From contig CAZXEQ010000008.1 of assembly GCA_964640155.1 (NCBI GenBank), positions 60,001-92,000 of the forward strand: DNA of 32,000 bases. The letters are read 5' to 3'. Below, in pieces: positions 21,601 to 30,600 of this stretch (the first letter of the stretch is position 1; each line of letters starts with the position of its first letter). Both the position numbers and the translations under genes were made by a program. Under the pieces are notes generated by a model. That model had not been told where the DNA came from. It saw only the letters and a program-made list of their open reading frames with translations, and searched no databases. The stretch comes from an uncultured bacterium (GTDB taxonomy: Bacteria; Auribacterota; JACPWU01).

Positions 21601-24600
21601 GAAATATTGATGAAACAAAAACCGTTACCATTTCACAATTTGACCACGCAGGGCGAGCTTCAGCCCTTAACCAAATCTCTCAAGATCGCATCACTGGCCA
21701 CAAAACAGAAGTGAATATCACTCAAAAGTATAATGCTCAAGGCCAAATTTCTCAAAGTCAGGAAAAGGTATATTTAGACGATGTCTATCAGTATGAAAGA
21801 AATGTCCGACAGCAAACGTATGATGCTCAAGGAAGAGTAAATTTAGAAGTAGGAACTTTGGAGTATCCGAGCGGAGAACGTATTTCCTATCGCAAAGAAA
21901 ATATGCAGTATGACAATTATGGAAATTTAGTTTCTTATTCTGAAAAAGGAAATTCAAATGCTCACGGACAATATTCTTTCACGCGCACACAAAACTTTAA
22001 CGCATTAGGCCAAGTGATTTCTTCTCATGAAGAAGGCACTCGTGCATCAGGTGGTGACTATACAACAGATCAATCAAATGTAGTTTACGATGATTGGGGC
22101 CGTGTCATTGCTTATCATCAAGTTGAGAAGGATGCTACGGGAACACATGTTACAGATCGACTCTCTACGGATTATGATTCTCAAAATCGCGTGATTGGCT
22201 ATCACGAAAAAAGTGAAGATCAACTAGGTAATGGTGTAACAACTCACACAGAAACAGTTGAGAGTGGAATTGCTTATGACCATCTGAATCGTATAACCAG
22301 CCGCAATACACACACATGGGGTAGTAATTCTAAAGGGGACACCTTTGATAGTACGGTTGTTATTTCAGTTCTTGAATTTGATAAGGTGGGACGTTCTATA
22401 AAAACTCATGAAACGGTCACAGATCATAAAGAAGGAAAAACTCAAAGTCATGATATTAGCTATCAATATAACCGCAAAGGTCAATTAAGCGAAAAACGTT
22501 TTACGGATGAAAAAGGCGATGAAATTATTCATAGATACCAATATGACCGCACAGGTGTTCTTGAAACTCAAAAAATGGAACATCCCGACTATATTCTTGT
22601 TTTAGATCGTTTTGGTGACCAGATTGGATATGAAATTGGTTGGCGTGCTTTGGAAAGAATATTAGATTCCCAGGAAGTAGAAGAGGCCTTGCTGGATCAT
22701 GGCTTAGAGGCGAACAAAGTTGAATGGGAAGATAAAAATGATCAGATGCAGCAGGGATTTAGAGGTAGAGGTATGGGCAAGGGGACAAAGTCTCCTGAAG
22801 GTTTTGTTCAATATCCTCCATCGCTCGAATCAGTTGAAGCAGAGATAAGAAATCTCGAAGCAAGACTAGCTGATCTAGAAAGCACAAAATCTCCATGGCA
22901 AGAAGCGGAAAGAAATCTGATCAAAGCCGAGCTTACCTATGCACGGGCTCAAAGAGCCTATTTGGGAGCTCGAACTCCACAAGAAAAACAAAGAGCTCTC
23001 AGGGCCATGGAATTTGCTCACAAAGAAGTGGTAAGAGCTGAAAATGCAAATCAGGGAGGTCGATCAGGATTTAATTCAGGAAGAGTTCAACGTTATAATC
23101 CCCGCCAAATTGATGGACCTGTTCGGCAAGAGGGCGAAACTCAAACTTTAGAGGATGGGTCTAAACAGAAAAATTATATTGCCGAGGGCAAAGGATGGAT
23201 GGGAAACGTGTTTAGCATTACCATTTCTGGACGTCAGGCCTGGATTACGAATGGCCAGGGTGAAAAAGTTGCTGAGCTTCGGGTAGAAGGAAATAAACTC
23301 ATCATTGATAATTTGGTGACGGGACATCAAACAACCATGGAATATGGTCAATACGGCCTTGAAAGTTCAACAGAGCTCAGCAACATTTACGGCTTTGAAG
23401 TTAGAAATGAAAATCATACGTATACTACGGATGCTTCCGGTAGGGTCACAGAGCATCACTATACCCTTCATGATGAAAATGCAATGGGTGTACAAACCTC
23501 TGAAGGTTATAAGGCTACAGGCGGAGGCGTCTTAAATGCTTGGGGGACTACAAAGTTTAATGATCAAGGTCAGGCTGTTTTTCATGAAGAAAGTCGAACA
23601 TTATCAAATGGTAAATGGAATGTGGCATATGATTTCTATCTTCGCATCGAAGGCATTACTTATGACCGTTTGGGACAGCAAGTCTCTTTCCATCGCGAAC
23701 AAAGAGAAGGGGGATTGGGTATTCGAGGCTATAACAGCAATATTACCCGAGAAGGTACAGTCGATGAAACAGGGAAGCTAAATTATTATAAAGAAACAGA
23801 ACATACCACGATGGGGAAAAAGGTCACCATTGACCGGATTCACGAAGCTCGTCCGGAATATGATGGAGACAAAATCATCAATGAACATCGAGAAAAAACA
23901 TATGAAAAGATTGTTGTTCGAAAATCTTGGTGGGAAAAACTCTTTAGTTTTATTCTTCCCATTCTTGCCGTAGTTGCTTTTTTCATCCCAGGCATTAATG
24001 TCATTGCTGCTGCAGGAATTGCTGCTGCATGGAATTTCATCACAGGAATGGCCATGGGCCAAAGTCCTCTGCAAGCTTTCTTAGGTGCTGTGATTAGTTT
24101 TGCCACAAGCATGGTGGCCGCTGGCATCGGAGGTATTATGCAAGGCTTGACCAGTGCTGCCAAAACAGTCGCAAGCAGTGTCTCGAATGCTTTCATGCAG
24201 CAAGTGTCCGGAACGGCTGTAAGAACATTAGTCGCCCGAGTCATTTCGACAGCCATGACCACAGCTTTTGGAGATAGACTGGGCCGATGGGGCTCTTTAA
24301 TTGCTAGCGTTGGTTCTATGTTTGGCTCTAGCTTTTTTGGCAGCGGAAACAGCTTTGCAAGTGCACTTTCGACTTCGAATTTTGATTTTGGACAAATTGC
24401 AAAAGAAGCGGTTCTTACAACGGCAAAGTTTGCTGCTTCAAGTTTTCTTAGTAGTGCTCTTGGCGATTCTATTTGGATTAATTTTGCTGCATCGGCAATG
24501 GGAGCAGTTACAGATTCTATGATTGATGTAATAGGTCAAAACCTAACAGCTTATTTCTCTAAACCTGAAGGGTCTGAATTGACTCGGGATGGATTGATTC

Positions 24601-27600
24601 CTGATGGAGCAAAAAAAGATAAAGAAGATGGCTGGACTGAGCATTATCAGATACGCAACGGAGAGTTTGTTAGAGACGAGCGTGGAAATCCGGTTCCAAT
24701 TGCTCTTACTCCAACCAAGGCTGAAGTGATCAGCGTACAAGAAAAGGGATTGGATGGTTTCATTCATGAGAAAATTACTGGAGCTACATTGATAGATGAA
24801 GCTGGGAATCAAATTACTTGGGATGCTCAAGGGCAAATCACAGCAATTATTCCTGCTGAAAATCTTGCGAATACATCAACACAAAATATTTCGACACCTA
24901 AAGAAGCAATACGTAAAGATGCTGTGGATTTACCTTCCAATGAATCACTGGAATTGGCAATAGATTTACGAGGTATTGACTTAACTTCTGAAACGAATCT
25001 AAAAGTGGAAGACAAAAGTGCATGGGATAAGGCGAAAGATTTAGCTGCGTCGGGTCTATCTTCCATTTATCATCTTCTAATCCCTGAAGCAGGTGCTGCA
25101 AGTATTGAAGTATTGGGTGTTGGTGAACCTGGACATGAAATCTTGACTCAAGCTGCAGCTCAAACAACAGGTTTATTCACGGATGATGAAATTGATATCA
25201 TGATGAGTCATGTTCGAGATAATGATCTTGGCTTTGTTGAAGCAATAGATCCTCCACGATGGAAGTCCTTCTATGCAGGCGCAAGTTTGGCTAAATTAGG
25301 TGAAACCCATTACGGAAACTATCAATTTCTCCATGCGATGAAAGCGGAAGGCGAAAGTGATTTAGCCACAAGAGACAAAATGTTAAATTGGGTTCATAAT
25401 ACGAATATAGAAGTTCTTGATCTGATCAAAGAGGGTGATTGGAATAAAGCATTAGCAAAAGCCAGTTCTGTTATGCATCTCATTCAAGATAGCTATGCTT
25501 CAGGTCATGGAGTGAGAGATTCCGAATCAGGGCAAATCACAGAGTTTTATAATTATCACGTTCAACAAGAAGATTCTTCTTTGGCTGCCATGCACAAAGA
25601 AGGAGACAAAATCTGGACTCTTACAACAACCACAGTACCTGGTGAACCATGGATGTTTGAAAATCAAAGTTTAGCAGAGCCTTTAAATTATAGCCCTCTT
25701 GTCCCTGATGTCACTTTCTCGACTCCTACATTAAAAACTGAATACCAAAAAGCGGTTCAAACAACAGCAAATTATCTGAATTTATTAAAAGAAGGCGCGG
25801 ATCTAAAGAAACTAGACACTTTCTTTGAAAAAACATTTGAAATGAAGCCTGCGACTTTAGATCAAAACCAATGGCAAAATGATCTTTTTGAAGAAATACC
25901 TTTGCTCCCAGAGTTTAACAGTCCCTTATGGGAAGACGTTAGTCCCCGATATGATTTTAATTTACCATCCAATACAAATCTGATTCAGGGTGGGGAGGCT
26001 AGAGGGAATGTTGAATTTATTGAACATGCGGGAAAGAAATATACAAGTGAGAAACAAAGCGTTCATACTCCTTTTTCCGAAAAACCATTTGTTTCTCACA
26101 GTACTGGCCAACATTCATCTATTCAGTCTAATGAGTGGCCTAGTATTTCAGCGATTCAAGCCGAACCGGGTGTAGAGGGTGCAGATGAGAATGGAAGAAT
26201 GCCTCTTACAATTGAATTTCACATGCCAAAAGATTCTCTCATGCAAGAAAATTCTCAAATTTCTAATGCTCCTCAAAACACCTTGTCTAATTATGAAAAA
26301 TTTAAAGTTGGACTTGATCTTGCAGAATTCACACTTCTTCATTTTCTTGTTGGAGAAAAAGCGCCCACCGTTTACAAAGGCTTGGTGGATACCAGAGCAA
26401 AGGTACAAGATTTTGCTTGGAATCAAGCGGGATTAAAAGAGACGACCCAGTTTTTAGCTTTCACAGGTTCTTCTATTCTTCAAGATATCAATACGCTCTA
26501 CGAATTAGCAGATTCTGGTGTTACCAAACTGACAGGGGCTAATATTGATGAGTGGAGCATTGCTGCAATGCAAGCTTCTCAAGGAACCCCCATACCCTTT
26601 GACGATATACTCTCTTATGGAGGAGCTCTGATCTCAAAAGGCTTTCAAGGAGCAGGAACTCTTTCGAAATACTTAAACTCTTTTTCTAGGGCGGAGAAAT
26701 TAGCAGAAGAATCTTATGATCTAACTAAAATAGAAAGAAGAACGATTAATGTATTGAACGACAATGGAACTGTTCGAGAAATAGCTCAGCAATCTTATTC
26801 GTCAGAAGCGCTAAAAGCTTTAGATGAAGTTGGTCAAGGATCTCAAATTAAAAGGGCAGGCAGTTTTCCAAATTCAAATACAACAGATGCTCAATTTTGG
26901 TCACAAGATCACCCTTTGACCAATCCTAATTTTGCGGATGACATTGGTGCAGCAAGTTTTGACTCTTCATCCGTAGATTTTGTGATTGGAGGTAAAGCTA
27001 AAACTGAAGCAAACTTTATTACACGAGAAGCTCCATCTTATGGAAAACATACGGGGGGAAAAGTAGAAATCGTGGCAGATCCCGGTGATATAAAAGCAGA
27101 TTATTTTCATATGCCAGAGAAATCAACTGCAGATTTAGGTATTGATATAAAAATTGATTCTCAAACAGGGAAGGTTTCATATACTGAAGTTGAGAATTTA
27201 GTCACTCCTCGCCTCAACTTAACAACAAATCCTCAAGGAAATAGTAACGGACTCATGGTTTTAATGCCCATGAGCTTGAGTTTGCCTTTTACAGAAAACA
27301 CACAAAGCTTGAAAAATTCCACTGGCTCTCCTCTTAATATATCCCAGAGGACTACTTCGCTGAGAGGGGATGGGGGAGTTATCGGATTAGAAAATAATTC
27401 TAGAAACAATGAAATCTTACCTCCCAATAATGGAGGTGATTCTTGGATTTCTCAGAATGGTACCGATTGGAAGGACTCTATCCGTCAATCGAATTTCCAA
27501 TACGAAAAACAAATTACGAACATGCGCTATGACAAAAGTGGAAAACTTATTGGGGATAGCAGCATTACAAGATTATCTACTGGAGAAATTATTGAATCGA

Positions 27601-30600
27601 CCCGAAGTGATATTGAATATAACGCGCTTGGTCAAATCACTTCTTTCTCCGAAAGTGGAAATTCTAATGCAAGCGGGAGTTATTCTTTTACGCGCACACA
27701 AGAACAAGACATTCTTGGACACATCACCTCTATCAAAGAAAAGGGAACAAGGGCTAATGGTGGAGCATACACATCAGAAGAGAACAATATAACCTATGAT
27801 GACTTAGGAAAAAAACTTACCTATCAAAGAACTGAAACAGATGACATGGGTAAACACATCACCAATAGAACATCAACAAACTATGATGCTCAAGGTCGAG
27901 TGAGTGGATATGAACAAAATACCATCGATGAATTTGCTAATGGAAAACGTGCAACTGGAAAAGAAACTCGTTCCGCTATTCAATATGATGCCCAGAACAG
28001 AATAACCAGCTGGACATCTCACACCAATGGAACAGGGACAGACGGCAAAGTTTTTGATATCACAACACAAACCCAAGTCCAAGTATTTGACTTTGCTGGT
28101 CGAGCTTCTCAATATACTGAAAATATTACAGATCATCGATCTACAGAGTCATTGCGAGCACAGCGAAGCAATCTCATTCATCAAACATACAATTCATTAG
28201 GCCAACTCTCATCTAAAGAAATAAGAGAACAGGGCCAAGACAGCATCCGACAAACCTACAGCTATAACAATGGTGTGTTGAATCAAACACGCGTAGAACA
28301 TCCTGATTACATCATTACATTGGACAAATGGGGCACACAAACATCTATAGAAGAAGGTCCTCGCATTAAAGCAGCTAGAGAGCAAGCACGTAGAGCAGAA
28401 GAGCGGGCAAGAAAAGCACAAAAGGCTGCTTCAAATCTCATGGCCCGATACAAAAAACAAATAGAACAAGAACTACTGAATCAAGCGCTAAAGGCAGTGG
28501 CCATTGATAAGTTCTCAGTAGCAAGTAAATCAATAAATACTGTGTCATTGCGAGGAGCAGCAGCGACGAAGCAATCTCAAACACTTCTTGCTCAATCCCA
28601 AAAATCCATGGCTCAAGCTAAGAGCGCCTTAGCTCAAGCTGAAAACCAAATCAGAAATGCAAAGACACAAAGCGCCAGGGCCCAAGCTGAAGCAGCCAAA
28701 AAGAGCGCTGAAACACAAATAGCTATTGCTCAGAAGAAAATGGAAGAAGCAAAGAAAGCTATGATTAGTGCATCAGGGATAGCGAATCGTGGAAAAGATT
28801 TGTCATTGCGAGGAGCGCTAGCGACGAAGCAATCTCTAGACAGAGCATTAGCTTCTTCTAGGTCTATGTCATCCTCGAAAGTTTCAGTCGGGGATCCATT
28901 CTCAAAAATAGATATCAGTAAATTCAAAATTATATTCAAAGGCAACACAGCTCAAATCAAAGATGCCAATGGCAATGTCTTAGCAGAGGCCAAAACCCAA
29001 GGGAAAACAGTTAAAATTAGCAATAATGTCACAGGCTCTAAAGTAGACATGAGCTATGGAAAATTTGGATTAGCAAGCCTCAAAGAAGTAAACAGCCTAG
29101 GTAAAGAAGTTAGAACTGAAAGCTATAACTACAAGACAGATCGAACAGGAAAAGTCCAAGAACTCAATTATTTAATCAAAGACACAGAGCCCACATCTAT
29201 TCAAACATCTCAAGGCGTTAAATCTGTCATAAGTAGAAAGGCTGTCTACGAAGCCAGTGGCACCATCAAACACGATGGCAAAGGCAGAGTAACTTCAAGT
29301 GAAGAGAATAAAACCTTAAAATCTGACAAAAAGACAATCTATAGCTTCCATGAAGCCCTTACAGGGGTTCAATATGACAGACTCAACCAAATGGTTTCAT
29401 TCCAGAAGCAAACCTCAGAGAAGGGCTTAGGCATCAAGAAATACTCTACAACCATTACAAGAACAGGCGAAGTTGATAGCTCTGGAAAACTCTCTCATTA
29501 CATTGAGAACGAAAGAACCAAACAAGGCAAAGTCAAAATCTCTCGCACATTCGAGGCAACGCCCACATATCAAGGCGATACACTTATATCTGAAAACAGA
29601 ATCATGACCCATGAAAAGATCAAACAGAGCAGTGGGATCTTCCAAAGAATAGTTGGAATTGTTTTACCCATAGCCTTAGGCCTAATCCTTGCCCCTGTCA
29701 CAGCAGGAATCAGTACAGCCTTAAGTGCAAGCATTGGCTCAGTAGGATCGCAAATGGTAGCCCATGGAGTCACAGGCTTCATGAGCAACATGGTTACATC
29801 TATTGCCATGGGAGCTAAGCCTAATGAAGCATTAAAGGGAGCACTTCTTACAGGAGGCATAGCAGGTATAGGAGCAGGAGCTAACATCTTTGGAAGCAAA
29901 ATCTTTGGACTAAGCGTACAAACAGCCAAACAATCTCTTGAGTCCAGCGTAACAAGACAAATCATCACCCGCTCCATCATGAGTGCAGCAGGAGAAAAAT
30001 TAGGACCTGTGGGCTCCGCAGTGCTAGGCGGAGCATTGTCAGGCGTCATGACAGGTGATCCGACACAAATAGCACTTGGTACCATTAAAGGAGCAGCTTC
30101 AGGCTTCATAGGTCAGGCATTAGGCAGTTCCACAGGAGCCCAGCTTGCCAATGCAGCTATTGGAGGCTTTACAGACGCAGCCATTGATCGAATTGGACAA
30201 GAGATTAAAACAATTGCGTATAACGTAAAGGCCCGAGACGCATTGCCGAATAGTGCTCAAGCTTACAAAGGCCAAGATGGCCGAATCAAATGGGCGATAC
30301 AGGACGAAGAGAATGGAAGAAATACTATTTATCAATATAATAGCCAAACCAACCAATTTGAAAATCAATATACCAACGTTAGAAATAGTGAAGTACTCGG
30401 GACTGCATATCTTGCAGGAGCCAATGGAATAGCCTTCATCCCAACACTAGAAGCTAAAGGATCTGTTACACACAACAATGGCATCACTACCTATTACGAT
30501 AAACAAGCTAACTTCATAGAATCAAGACCTGATAATCAATATGCCATCAGAGATACACAAGGAAGACAAATAGGAACTCAACTGCCACTATCAATGTTTA

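Larger units (their letters stand above)
10086..22616 (+). repeat. Protein-level array of divergent YD/Rhs-like beta-hairpin repeats (more than 4,000 aa; interrupted at about 17900-18240)
   Basis: There are dozens of occurrences of the motif. Examples are MRYNTQNQLISYEEE, ARYDALDQLIGYREE, ILYDPLGRLFSYEEM, MYYDDQGRLISHREK, VRYDRQGNIIHYLET, AVYDSLGRLLSSREE, YQYNLLGQLISS and ATYNRLGQLQSYKEA. They recur about every 33-45 aa. This resembles the YD repeat core (Y-x-Y-D-x-x-G-R-L) but with roughly double the classical period of about 20 aa. Confidence 0.6.
22578..27521 (+). other. Cassette A: boundary motif, coiled coil, beta-rich block, hydrophobic Gly/Ala domain, ~950-aa unique region
   Basis: The segment order was read from the translation. 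It is collinear with cassette B through the end of the hydrophobic domain and unrelated afterwards. Confidence 0.7.

Noticed and set aside
10086-22616. CRISPR array or DNA-level tandem repeat as an explanation for the periodicity
   Set aside because: The periodicity is at the protein-motif level with diverged nucleotides. The unit lengths (about 100-135 bp, 735 bp and 774 bp) and the absence of identical direct repeats are incompatible with CRISPR.
23840-24262. 140-aa minus-strand ORF (and the 98-aa ORF at 23778..24074) overlapping the cassette A hydrophobic domain
   Set aside because: It lies antisense to Ala/Gly-rich codons (GCN/GGN), which read stop-free on the opposite strand. Its translation is Pro/Ala/Met/Thr-rich low-complexity, with no start context. 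The sense strand has overwhelming coding evidence.
26820-27100. ADP-ribosyltransferase-like reading (R ... S-x-T ... E) of the block IKRAGSFPNSNTTDAQFW...GGKVEIVAD
   Set aside because: The spacing and motif context do not match R-S-E ARTs (no ExE or STS in the proper context). It is left as unassigned unique sequence.
29570-30109. 179-aa minus-strand ORF, the longest alternative ORF in the gene 2 region
   Set aside because: This is the same artefact as above. It lies antisense to the cassette B Gly/Ala hydrophobic domain, and its position mirrors the paralogous artefact in cassette A.
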